Part shown: in pieces, positions 39,373-51,800 of the stretch | Layout of the letters: each line of letters starts with the position of its first letter | Position numbering within the stretch: position 1 is the stretch's first letter | Origin: Octopus vulgaris | Taxonomy: Eukaryota | Direction: 5' to 3' | Assembly: GCA_951406725.2 (NCBI GenBank) | Contig: OX597819.1 | Span: forward strand, 40,486,001 to 40,550,000 | Length of the DNA stretch: 64,000 bases | Translations under genes and position numbers: made by a program | Notes under the pieces: generated by a model | Database searches by the model: none | The model's input: the letters and a program-made list of their open reading frames with translations, nothing else | What the model was told of the DNA's origin: nothing

Positions 39373-40800
39373 CAATGTTTCCCAAACTTTTCGCATCAAA
39401 TTGCGATATTGCCCACTTATTGGTCCAAAATTGCTCCACTGCCCACCTATGTCAAAAAAACTCTGATACAACCATACCCCTAACCCTAGGAGAACCCCCC
39501 CCCTGTATCATTTGACACACACACACTATATTGTAGACTCATTGCCTGGTTAGTGCCATTTGGACTAAACATGCTGTTGTTTACAAATAATCCCTCATTG
39601 TGGGCTTAGTTTTGCTGTTAGTGTGAATAAAATTCTAATGTTAAATTTATATTATGCAAACAGACTAACTTCGGTAAACTTGCACTTTCTTTTACACTGA
39701 TTTCTATTTTCCCCAAATGAACCATTGATCAGAATTACCAATGCAAAAATAATTAATGATTGTATTATAAAGGAAAAGAATACAACTTTTTAATGTATTC
39801 TTAAAAAGTGTCTGGTATGATGCAGCTAATGCAGATACATTCAGTTTCAAACTTGTCAACATTAGTCACAAGTCTCTTCATTGTGTCACATCCAGTTCAA
39901 TTCTTTTATGGAAAAGTAAAGTTCCAAATGACTAAAACCAGATTCAACCCGGTATGAGGTAGGGAAGGCAAGAAAAAGTAATATCATATGTTTCCACAGA
40001 TTGGTACCACTAACCTTCTTTGCCATTACGGTGATATCGCATTGTGGCATCATTGTCATTTTGTAATTCTATCAATCCCTCCTGAACAATTGACTGCATT
40101 GACCTCAAATGGTTTGTTCTACCAATTTGGAATATTCAGCGCAATATCTTGAAATGTCATCATGCAATGATTGTATATAGTTGTGATATGTAGTTAAATC
40201 CTCATCAACCAATTCATCTCTCAAAGAGTCAAGTTGTGGAAATTGACGGAATTGATGTTTTGGAATGTTAATCTTATACAGCACCAATTTTGAAATGAAG
40301 GTAGTAGTAAATAATTTACAATCAATGAGAGTTTTTCTGTTTCCTTGCAATAACATATTTGAATCATTTAATTTTGAGAATATATCACAAAGAAAAAAGA
40401 TATGGCGCCTTGCACCCATCAATGAAGTGGATAGTGTAGTATCTTCATAGAAATATATGATTATATGAAACAGTTGAACAAAGCGTAAAACACAGTTTCC
40501 TTTTGACAGCCACCACACTTTGGTATGGTATAAGAGTTTAGTATAGTCTTCATCATTTCTCAGACAGAATTGACGGAAAATTCAATCAGACAAGGGACTG
40601 GACTTCAATTTGTTCACAGTCTTGATAACTAACTGTAACGCATCATTCAGTCTACCATTCATATTGTTTGCCATTAAATGCTGCTGGTGTGCCAGGCAAT
40701 GAACAGTTAGTATCTGGTAGGAAATTTTATGCTTTAGGAGAGACGAAAAATCTCTGTATCTTCCTGTTTTTGAAGGGGACCCATCAGATTCAACTCCTTC
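39373..40800 (-). mobile_element. Decayed hAT (Charlie/Buster-like) transposon in intron 4
   Basis: Terminus caatgtttcccaaactt at 39373. Minus-strand motifs VHCLAHQQHLMA (CxxH), WWLSKGNC and LAFPTSYRVESGFS (dimerisation domain). Stops and frameshifts present. Confidence 0.85.
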
Positions 40801-41514
40801 CAGAAAAATGTTTTTAATAAGTTATAGAGGTTTAAAGTTTAATCATTTTCACTCAGTCAAGAAACACAATTTCAAAGCTGTCATTTTGTGCGTGACTGCC
40901 CATTTTGTCAACATCCTGGAAATAGCACTTGTATTTTGATATGGAAGTGTAGAATTATGCACAACATATAACCCTTTCATAACTTTTTTATTTGTCTCAA
41001 GTTTTCAGAAAATTTTTGCAAATTTATATTCTACACACAGAACTTCATACAATTATGCCAAAAACAAAAAAAAATTTGGTGGAGCATGATTTAAGGCCTA
41101 GGCCTGTGTGGCTGGTATTTTTAGCAAATATGACAACCATCTCAGTGATTGTGCAACAAAAATATTCAATTAATAAACAAGTCCGCTTTTATAATACAAA
41201 GGGATGTCTCATGCGAGTAGTCAATTTGATAAAAGTGCATCATTATTCTAGGTATGCCTAGATATACACACACACAATGGACTTCTTTCAGTTTCTGTCT
41301 ACCAAATTCACTCAAGGCTTTGGTCTGCCCATGCTATAGCAGAAAGCACTTACCCAAAGTGTGTGTGTGGGCATGCGTACGAGTCGTATAAGTTATTTCT
41401 CATTTAACTTACATCACTGGGCTTAAAAAAACAGGGATGGAGGAAAACATATTTAATATCTTTCACATTAATGTTATGTTCTGTTTATACAATTTTATCC
41501 TTTCTTTGTTATAG

Positions 41515-41784
41515 CAACTCAGATGAAAATCCACAGAATGTGGTGAAGGAAAATCCAAAAGTTCCTTGCATTGTTTGTTCAGATGTGTCCAGTGAGATTT
41601 ATTGTGGGCTGTGGGTTTGCCGTAGCTGCCGTAATTTCTTCCAGTTCAGTATTACTAACAACCACAGCGAGAGTTACAAGTGCAAGTACAACAACCACTG
41701 CATTGTGAACAAAACCAGTCGAGTATTGTGTCATCACTGCCGTTTCAAAAAGTGTCTGATTGTTGGAATGATGAAAGAAGAGAA
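41515..41784 (+). CDS. Coding exon 5, DBD13 (41567-41770)
   Basis: Acceptor tttgttatag|C (phase 2). CIVCSDVSSEIYCGLWVCRSCRNFFQFS...CHHCRFKKCLIVGM. Donor AA|gtaaga (phase 2). Confidence 0.92.
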
Positions 41785-42539
41785 GTAAGATGTTTTAATG
41801 TCTTTAAACTATGCAATACTACAGAATATATCTATAGAGTTTAGCATCTCTCTCTTTCTCTGGCTGGGTAACCATGCACCTCCTCTACTGCAAGACCTTT
41901 GTTTCTGTCTCTCTGTCACATTCTAACCTTCCATCATCTGATACAAGATTACTTCCTCCAATGCCCCTTCCCCTCTCAAAGATTCCTTGTCTTGCAAATT
42001 ACTTGGTGACCCTGCCAGTGCTGGTGCCACTTAAAAAAGCATCCAGTTCATGCTGTTAGTAACATTGATGCTACTATCTTAATTTTTGCTAATCTTATGA
42101 TCAAATTTCAACAAACATACTTTATGGCTATATTTACTGTATGTATCCTTGTTTTTAAAATAGGTACACCATGTTCTGAGTGTTGGCAACATGAAGATAA
42201 TGTCAGAAAGACTGTCTAACCCATGCTAGCATGGGAAAACTGACATAAAATTATGTGTGTATATTTATATACACACATGTATGTGTGTCTATGTGGATGT
42301 TCCTGAATGTTGATATTTCAATTTTTACTGTTTGAATGAAACAGTGTTGATGTCTTGTTGACATTGTGACTGATGGCTCAACACTTTCAAATACCTGTGA
42401 AATATAAAAATCCCTTTCTCCTGAATAACAGGTGAGGGTTTGTGACAAGAGGAGCATCCAGCCATTAAATCCTGCTCCCAAATCCATTTCTGTCAAAGTC
42501 ATAGCATGGAAAAAAATAACAGATATTAAAACAAATCAA

Positions 42540-43022
42540 AATAGATGAACATCAATGGAATTTGTATCTTTGTGGTACCAGTGCCGGTGGCACACAAGAA
42601 AACCATCCGAACGTGGCCGTAGCCAGTACCGCATCGACTGGCCTCCGTGCTGTGGGCACATAACAAACACCATCCGATCGTGGCCGTTCGCCAGCCTCAT
42701 CTGGCACCTGTGTCGGTGGCACATAAAAACACCATCCGAGCGTGGCCGTCTGCCAGCCTCGTCTGGCACCTGTGTCGGTGGCACATAAAAAACACCATCC
42801 GAGCGTGGCCGTTCGCCAGTCTCGTCTGGCACCTGTGTCGGTGGCACATAAAATCACCCACTACACTCTCGGAGTGGTTGGCGTTAGGAAGGGCATCCAG
42901 CTGTAGAAACACTGCCAGATCTGACTGGCCTGGTGCAGCCTTCGGGCTCCCCAGACCCCAGTTGAACCGTCCAACCCATGCTAGCATGGAAAACGGACGC
43001 TAAATGATGATGATGATGATGA
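42540..43022 (+). repeat. Young copy of the (GAT)n-tailed repeat with 4-5 tandem units of about 60 bp
   Basis: Unit ggtggcacataaaaacaccatccgagcgtggccgttcgccagcctcgtctggcacctgtgtc repeated at 42580-42860. Confidence 0.85.
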
Positions 43023-43092
43023 AAACAAGTAAACTATCTCTATGATTATGTGTATCAACAATTTTATTATTTTCTTTCTTTTTTTCTTTTAG

Positions 43093-43533
43093 CACCACAA
43101 ATAACTATGAAAAGAAGAAGCTTTTATGTAACCCACGTCACTTTCCGTGTAAAGTTTGTGGAGATCTTGCATCTGGTATACATTATGGCCACTTCATTTG
43201 TGAAGGCTGTAAAGGATTTTTCCGTCGTAGCATACGCAAGAAAATGGTTTATTTGTGCATTAGCAAAAATTGTATAATCAATAAGTTCACAAGGACTCGT
43301 TGTGCCTACTGTAGGCTACAAAAATGTTTGACTCTTGGCATGTCAAAAGAAGCCAGTCGAAAGGGCCGGCGAACAAAGGAAAACCAAATGAAACTAATGA
43401 GCCAACCCCGTGAAGAATGCAAAATGTATGAGGAGTACACAAATCTAAACTCTGCACCTAGACCATGGTCCAATAACACAATACCACAGAGGGAACCAGT
43501 AGAATATATTGAAGATGCTGATCAACCTAAAAT
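43093..43533 (+). CDS. Coding exon 6, canonical DBD14 (43148-43342) with C-terminal extension
   Basis: Long polypyrimidine acceptor ttttag|C (phase 2). [32 protein letters not shown]...[24 protein letters not shown]. Ends at AT|gtaagt, either a donor or read-through to TAA at 43535-43537. Confidence 0.92.
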
Positions 43534-43559
43534 GTAAGTTGTTTTCTAATCTACACTGA

Positions 43560-44060
43560 CATCTCAAAAGTAAATAGACAGCATCGTTTTTGTAAAATTT
43601 ATTCCTCCTTTCTTCTTTGGCTATTTCCTAGTCAAAGAAGAGGCTTCCTTCCAGCTGTTCTGCCATAGTAGCCAAGTTGATGAAGATACTTCACAGAAGT
43701 ATTCTTACTCATTTAGAGTTGCTCTGTGGCATCAGCTACCTTGCAACTGGGTTTATTTTCAACAATCCTTTTAACTGCCCAAAGACACCTGCCAGAGAAT
43801 ACAGGTTGGCAGGAGCTTGATGCTGTTGTTACTTTTCCTTTGTTGGTGAATTGTACAATCACTCTGTTGACCGTAGCAAAAGGAATCCTAAAGTTTTGTG
43901 CAATCTTACACTGCCAAGTTCACTCTCTGACTCACAATACACCTTCTTTGAAAATCAGACTGCTCTTTTGGTTCAGGTGTTCATAACATGGCTACTTGCT
44001 ATAAACAATTAATATACTATAATCTGAAATAAAAAAAAAAGAAAATAATAATTAACAAGT
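43560..44060 (-). mobile_element. Old Tc1-like remnant
   Basis: Minus strand resembles a Tc1 N-terminus (KEQSDFQRR..IV); heavily decayed. Confidence 0.45.
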
Positions 44061-44628
44061 TTGAAGTACCAAGTAGTGTCCACACAGATGATATAATGAG
44101 GGTTGTCTATTTGTGTATATTTGTTAGAAATTCATATTTTTGAAATGTTTACATTTTTTGATGTTATGCATTTTATGAGCAGTTGTGCCATTAGTAAATA
44201 TGTTTCTAAAAGACAGGCCAATCACTGGTTCATTTTATTTCTGATAGCAACATTGACACAGGAGTGTCTCTATGATTCAAGTAGAATTTAACCTGTTCCT
44301 GTCCTCTGTATAACATGTGATACTCTGGCATATTTCCCTGATGCCTGTGCATCTCTTATGACACATTCGCTATTTTTTCAACCTCCAGAGTAACTTTGGA
44401 TGTATAGAAAGAAAGCTTTATATTACTCAGAAACAAGGGCCATGACCACAAATATGGATGTTTAGGACAAAGTTATGAAATAGGCAAAGGGTTAATTACC
44501 GCAAGATATATCAACTTGCTCGCTGTTATGTACATATTTTGCCAATTAAACACCACAAATTATATACATTTATACATATATAGATACACACACATACATA
44601 TATGTGTGTGCATGTATCTTTGTTGTTC

Positions 44629-45390
44629 GGATCTTTACCTTTTGACCGGCAGATTTATAAAAAAATTTTTTGTAGCTAAACACTTTCAAACTTTGTATAC
44701 TGGTAGAATGTGTCATATAAAATATCTTTTACTCTTAGCGATTTTGAGAAAAGTTTATAATTACAAAGTTATTTTGTTTTAAAGTTGTCGTATTTTCCTA
44801 ATTTCAACCAATCAATGACAAGTATTCAGCTGAATAAAATTACTGCCGTTGTTTGTCAACAACAACTATCAGTGCTGTAAATTTCGTTTGTCTCTGTTAT
44901 TTATGACATCATTCGTGCGTTTGTACTGGTTTTACCTTTAAGGTTTTAGGGTTAGGGCAAGGGTGTTAGGGTTAGGTTTAAGGTTTTAAGGTTAGGGTTG
45001 GGGTTTTAGGGTTAGAGTTACGGAAAAAAATGAAAAATGAAGCACGAACGATTATGATGGTGCCATGAAGTAAACATACTTCAAATACACTCGTTTATTC
45101 ATACAAATGTAACTGAGATGAAATATGTCATAAATAACAGTGACAAACGAAATATACACCACCGATAGTTGTTGTTGACAAACACCAGCAGTAATTTTAT
45201 TCATTGATTGGTTGAAATTACCGAAATACAACAACTTTAAAACAAAATAACTTTGTAAATATAAACTTTTCTCAAAAACGCTAAGAGTAAAAGATGTTTT
45301 ATATGACGCATTCTACCAGTATACGAAGTTTGAAAGTGTATAGTTACAAAGAATTATTTTCTAAATCTGCAGGTCAAAAGGTAAAAATAC
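44629..45390. mobile_element. Foldback-type MITE with long inverted arms and a central TTAGGG-like tract
   Basis: Termini ggatctttaccttttgaccggcagattt / aaatctgcaggtcaaaaggtaaaaatac. 8-bp TSD TGTTGTTC (44621-44628, 45391-45398). Arms about 300 bp. Confidence 0.85.
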
Positions 45391-45596
45391 TGTTGTTCAA
45401 ATACATGCTGCTGGTCATCCTGAGTTATTTCTATTAGTTATTTTCATTTCATTTCTGCAAATTAGGCCAGAAATGTGTTCTACTCTTTTCTATATATGTC
45501 TTAAGTGTCTTGTTCTGCTGGAAATAAGGAAGGGCAACAGTTGTGCTGATGATGCCTATTGAGATGTTCACAGCTGACCATTGATCTCTAAGCATT

Positions 45597-45827
45597 GGCG
45601 GCGAGCTGGCAGAAACGTTAGCACGCCGGGCGAAATGCGTAGCCGTATTTCATCTGTCGTTACGTTCTGAGTTCAAATTCCGCCGAGGTCGACTTTGCCT
45701 TTCATCCTTTCGGGGTCAATAAATAAAGTACCAGTTTCCCACTGGGGTCGATGTAATCGACTTAATCCCTTTGTCTGTCCTTGTTTGTCCCCTCTATGTT
45801 TAGCCCCTTGTGGGCAGTAAAGAAATA
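45597..45827 (+). mobile_element. tRNA-derived SINE with a Deu/Nin-like central domain; copies at about 47600-48000, 52397-52630(-), 54657-54890(-), 62322-62531(-), 63925-64000(-)
   Basis: B box gagttcaaattcc, core gcctttcatcctttcggggtc, 18-bp TSD cattgatct(c/g)taagcatt. Confidence 0.85.
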
Positions 45828-48800
45828 CATTGATCTGTAAGCATTCAGACTGTTTTCATTACTGGCATACCAATTTTGGTGAATTCTCATCTAAAGTTGT
45901 TCTCAATTCCTATGAAGTAATTGTTCTATCTTCTCTGGAAATGGAGATAATTTTAATGAATCAAGAATGTATCTTGAGTGATATTTAATATACTCTTAAG
46001 TCTTGTTCAAATATATGCCACTGGTCAGTCTGGATTATTTCTCTTCACTCATTTTTGTTTCATATATCATCATCAATTAACATCCATCTTCCATGCTGGC
46101 ATGGGTTATATCAATAGGGGTAGCAATAGTCAGATATGTTGTTTTTACACTTTTTACTATCAGAGAGAATTTTTTCTCCGTGATAACTGCAGTGAATTTG
46201 CCTTTAGAATTTGAAATATGTCACAAGCATATTTTAACTAACCTAAAGTTCGAGTGTGTGTGTGGCTAAAGAGGTAGAAATGCATCTGGGAATCCAATAG
46301 GGGACAGCACGGAGCAGATATTGTGTTTTTACACCATTTACCACAAGAGAGAATGTTTTCCTCATGGTAACTAAAGTGAATTTGCTTTAGAAGTTCAAAT
46401 ATATCAGAAGCATATTTTAGTCACCTAAAGTTCACATATGTGTCTGTGTAGAGATATATGTATGTGTGTGTGTGTTTTCTGAGACAGTGATTTTGAAGGC
46501 TGACTGACTTACCCCATGATACACTGTTTGCAACTCTGCTGCAAAATGTAGGAATGTGATGTACCTATTCTAAAACCAGGATTTATATATTCCCATCTTC
46601 CTTTTTTACAAGTGAATGTTGGTGCTCTTCCTATCACCAGTTCTCGCCTGTATCCAAATAAGGTAATATTTCCCTAGCCAGGACTTGTTTTCATGGAAGA
46701 TTGCAAACAAATGACACTGGGTTTGAATGATATCTCTTTGTTTACAGCCAGTGCCTATATATCAGGAAGAGGGAGATAAACACACACACAAGAGGCTTAT
46801 TTTCCAGTTTCCATCTACTGGATTTTTATCACAAGGCATTAGTCAACCTACAACCATATTTGAAGACACTAGCCGAAAGTGTCCATGCAATAAGAGTGAA
46901 CTCTCAACCATGTAGTTCTAAAGCTAGCTTCTGAACCATATGCTTCTGAACGTATGTGTATGTGTGTGTGTGCACGCATGCGCATGTGTGCATGCGTGTT
47001 TGTGTTCAGTTTTCTGGTTTGATCCAGCTTATATTTATCTAATACATGTATGGGAGCTAATAGATTTCACTTTTAATTAAATCTCATTTGAAATGTTGAA
47101 AAATAAAAGTTGAGGGAAAACCTTGGATAAGAAAGAAGTTTAAAAAAATTATACAGGTCAATCTGAGGAAGATCAGAGAAACTGTTTAGTATAATATAAG
47201 ATCTGTATGTCATTATGTTGTGATTCAATAATTGTGTTAAGTGGAAAAGTGACTGGTGAATTGAGCAGTGTGAAAGTGATATGTGCAGTCAGCAAGTTCA
47301 GGGATGCAGATGCCAATGTAGTCGTAGTAGAAGAAATTAAGAGAAGCCAGCTTGACTATAGGTCAAAGGTTGTAGTGTGTTGCTAAATGAAATCTTGTCT
47401 ATCATGGTTGTGCATGCTATAGTAAATAACTTGTTATCAGACCTGACCTGAGTGAACAGTTCTGTGAAATGTTAAGTGGCCAAATAACAAGACTTAACCT
47501 ATAGGTCCTTTTTCCCATTTACATTGGGTGTCTGTCTTGCTAAGGGCTACACTCAACACACTAATATGCAGTGTTGAACTGTATGTTATGTAACGTTAAG
47601 GTGGCGAGTTGGCCAAATCATTATCACGTCGGACGAAATGCTTAGCAGTACTTCGTCTCCTGTTACGTTCTGAGTTCAAATTCTGCCGAGGTCAACTTTG
47701 CCTTTCATCCTTTCGGGGTCGATTAAATAAGTACCAGTTATGCACTGGGGTCGATATAATCAACTTATCCATTTGTCTGTCCTTGTTTGTCCCCTCTGCG
47801 TTTAGCCCCTTGTGGGTAATAAATAAATAGGTATTTCGTCTGCCATTACGTTTTGCGTTCCAATTCCGCCGAGGTCGACTTTGCCTTTCATCCTTTCGGG
47901 GTCAATAAATTAAGTACCAGTTACGCACTGGGGCTGATGTAATTGACTTAATCCCTTTGTCTGCCTCCTTTATGTTTAGCCCTTGGTGGGCAATAAAGGA
48001 ATATGTATGTTATGTAATGTGACAATCTGAACACATGCTATTGTGCTCTCTCTGCTATCCAGTCTATTTCTGATCTGTTGAAAATGTGTGTGTTTGGAAG
48101 TGATTCTTTGTGTAGAGACAGACAGTTGGGGGGGGGGGGGGTTTGAAACATACCACGGTCACTTACTGTGTTTTTGGCATGTCCAGGTTCATTATGATGA
48201 TGGTCATCATCATTGTTTTAATGTCTACTTTTCTGTGCTTACATGGATCAGACATGACTATGTTGGAACAGAAATTTTCTATGGCTGGATGTCCTTCCTG
48301 ACACCAACCCTCTCAGTTTATTGGACATTGAACTGCCCTCTCAAGGTTAGTGGAAGACTAGAAACAAACAATACCATCAAGATGAGCAGTGATGCTTTTG
48401 CTTACAATCAGTGAGTACATGTGAAGATGGGGAGGAATAGGGACTCTGTCACACACACACACACATTGATTGCCAGTGTCACATAACTGGCACTCATGCC
48501 GGTGGCACATAAAAAGCATCCATTACACTCTTGGAGTCGTTGGTGTTAGGAACGGCAACCAGCCATAGAAAACATGCCAAATCAGATTGAAATCTGGTGC
48601 ATCTCTCCAGCTTACCAGTTTCAGTTAAACCATCTAACCCATGCCAGCATGGAAAGCTGATGTTAAATGATGTTGATGATGATGGGCCACTGTTTTCATC
48701 TATCATTTTCACTCACAAGATATTGATCAACAGCTATATTATAGAATCTCAAAGCTATGGGATAATGCTTGATTGATTCAAAACAATGTGAGTAAATAAT

Positions 48801-51800
48801 CATTACATTTGACAGAATAATCTGAATGATAAAGGGTTAATCTTTTTCTTTTTCATGAAGTTGAATTTCATTAGAGATTAAACAAATTAAACTATCTTTG
48901 AAAATTTTGACAGTGCTACATCTATCCGATGTCACCAAGAAGGTTTAAGAAACTTCATCTTATATAAGACTTTGTTTAAACCTTTAGCATTGAAACCAGC
49001 CATACCAGGCCCAAATATTCTTTTCTATTCCAGGCACAAGGCCCCAAATTTTGGGAGTGGGGGGCCAGTCAATTAAATCGAACTCAGTATGCAACTGGTA
49101 CTTAATTAATCAACCCTGAAAGGCAAAGTCAACCTCAGCGGAATTTGAACTCAGAACATAAAGATAGATGAAATATTGCTAAGTATTTCGCCCAGCATGC
49201 TAACGTTTCTACCAGGCCCAAATATTCTAACAATTTTATGTTCAAACTGGCCAGATCCAGCCTTTCACACCTACCCTACAATGACATTCTAAAAAGAAAC
49301 AATCACATCATTGAAATCTCAAAACTATGAGATAATGCATGAGTAATTAAAAACAATGTGAATAAATAAGCATTACAATTGACAGAGTAGTCTGAATGCT
49401 AAAGGATTAAACTAAATTTACTTAGAATTCCCTATTAAAATATCCTTTTTTACTCTCACCTCCTATAAGGTTACATAACCTCAAACATGCTGATTTCCCT
49501 GCATTAAGAAATTTGCTGTATGTGTATAATAAAATTACAAATATAGAATGAAGCCCAAAAAATGGCATTTGCAAAAGTTGATCGAGAATCTAAAATTATT
49601 TCTCCTCTGCTAATCTGGATGATTACTTTAAATAATATCACACAAAGAACATGACACGGCACACAGAACATCATAACAGCTTATACACAGTGCATGCCCA
49701 CAGACCACCTACAAAATGAAGTAAAAATACTGAAACTGAAAAATAACTGGTATGGCTGTATGGTTAAGAAGTTCACCTGAGAACAACCAAGGTTAGGGGT
49801 TCAATCCAACTGTATGAAGTCTGACAGATTTATTTATTCACATTGTTTTGAATCAATCATGTATTATTTCATAGCTTTGAGATTTTGTGGTGTGATTGTT
49901 TTTTTCAGAATGACTTTGTAAGGTAGGTGTAGAACACCAGATCTGGGTGGTTTGAACGAAAAACAGAATATTTAGGGTGGATATGCCCTGATTAAATGCT
50001 TAAGGGTTAATAAAAATATATAATATAGATGCAGACATGGCTGTGTGGTTCAGAATTTTACTTCCCAACCTCATAATTCCAGATTCAGCCCCACTGCATG
50101 GCACCTCTGGCTGGTGTCTTCATCTTGTAGCTCCAGGCCAAACAAAACCTTATGAGTGGATTTGGTCAACGGAAACTGAAAGAAGCCTGTTGTATATATG
50201 TATGTGTGCACATATATATTTGTTTACTTTTCTAGATGTAAAGTGATTACTGTAAATGAGTGTCACTGTCATACAAGCAGTGTCATTCATTTCCAATGTT
50301 GCTTAGAAATAGGTGAGGGTTGGTGACAGGAAGAGCATTGGGCTTGAGAAAATCTGCCTCGGCAAATATAGAAAAACAAACATTAAAATAGTGATGGTGA
50401 TGACAATGATAAAATTATATAGGGTTTCCTGAGACATGGAATGTATTTCAAGTCTTCCATATCTATCAAAAGATTAGAAAATGCAGTTCTAGATAGTATT
50501 TTAATCTGTTGAATAGAAAGATTATGAAAGGAAATGGATTTGTGTTTAAAAATATTTACGTGATACCACTGCACTCAGAATTTTGGATGTTTACTTTCTA
50601 TATAAAAGAAATAATTACATGTATTCATTGATTTATTTTCACTACTGTCTCATAATTAAGCAGCTCAGAAGACTTCAGATTTGAATTCAAAGTCTTCTAT
50701 AGACATTTGTCAGTGCGGCATATTTAATCACTCTCTTCAAGGTATTTAATGACTGACTTCACTGTACTTAATGGTATGTTTCAGATATAACTTGCAGGAG
50801 GGAAAAATTAGATACAACTGATGTATTTTTTTTTTTTTTTTGTAGATACTATTGAGTAGGATTCAGTTGTACAGTGTTTTCTCCAAGTACTCCTTCAGAT
50901 ATGTAGGACTTTACAAACGTGTCCAAATACTTTCTAATTCCACCTGCATCGACCAGATTATCAGATGTTATATACTGCTGGTCCCAATGTGCTTTCAGTT
51001 CTTTCTTGATTGCACCTTTTTTCCATCCTGGCCTAAATCCTGTAACTAAATCATCTTCCCATCACTTGATAATTTACCGCTATTCAAGCAAGCACTTCTC
51101 AACCTTTATTATTGTGACCTCATTTCAGTAAACCAAACTCCTTAACCCAGTTTTAATATCTAAATTTTTAAAAAAATTTGAAAATGCACTTAACCAGCTT
51201 TAAAAGAAAAGGAAACGTATCTAGGATAATATTCTAAATGCACTATACCGTAAAAAAACTGGGATATCTTTGGTCGTGAGGCTTCTCATGTGAACATGTA
51301 AACCGATATATTAATTTCAACTGAATTTGTTTCACGTTCTGCTTATGTATACAAAACGTGGCGTGGCTGTGTGATCAGAAGTTTGCTTCTCAACCACATG
51401 GATCTGGGTTCAGTACCACTGCATTGCACCTTGGACGAGTGTCCTCTACTACAACCTTGGGCCAACCAAAGCCTTGTGAATGGATTTGGTAGACAGAAAC
51501 TGAAAGAAGCCCGTCGTATATATATATATACACACACACATATATACATACATATATGTATATATTTATGTGTGCATGTCTTTGTGTCTGTTCCCCACCT
51601 CACTATCACTTGATAACCGATGGTGTGTCTATGTCCCTAAAACTAACCCTTCAAGGCAGTGCTCCAGCATAGCCGCAGTCAAATTACCGAAACAAGTACA
51701 AGAATACAAGGTCGTATTCATGCATTTATGTAAGTAATACACATGCAGTTAAAGACCATTGAGAAAGCCTGTGTAGTTGCTCAACTTACTAGTCAGAGCA

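Noticed and set aside
42580-42860. Regularly spaced repeats resembling a CRISPR array
   Set aside because: Eukaryotic context, whole units repeat with no unique spacers, and it is part of a dispersed repeat family.
45597-45690. tRNA-like A/B boxes
   Set aside because: SINE head; no cloverleaf, and it continues into the SINE body flanked by a TSD.
50670-50751. Possible small exon (cag|ctcagaag...caag|gtattt)
   Set aside because: In the phase required by exon 6 it hits a stop before the donor. The open frame would need an extra unseen exon.
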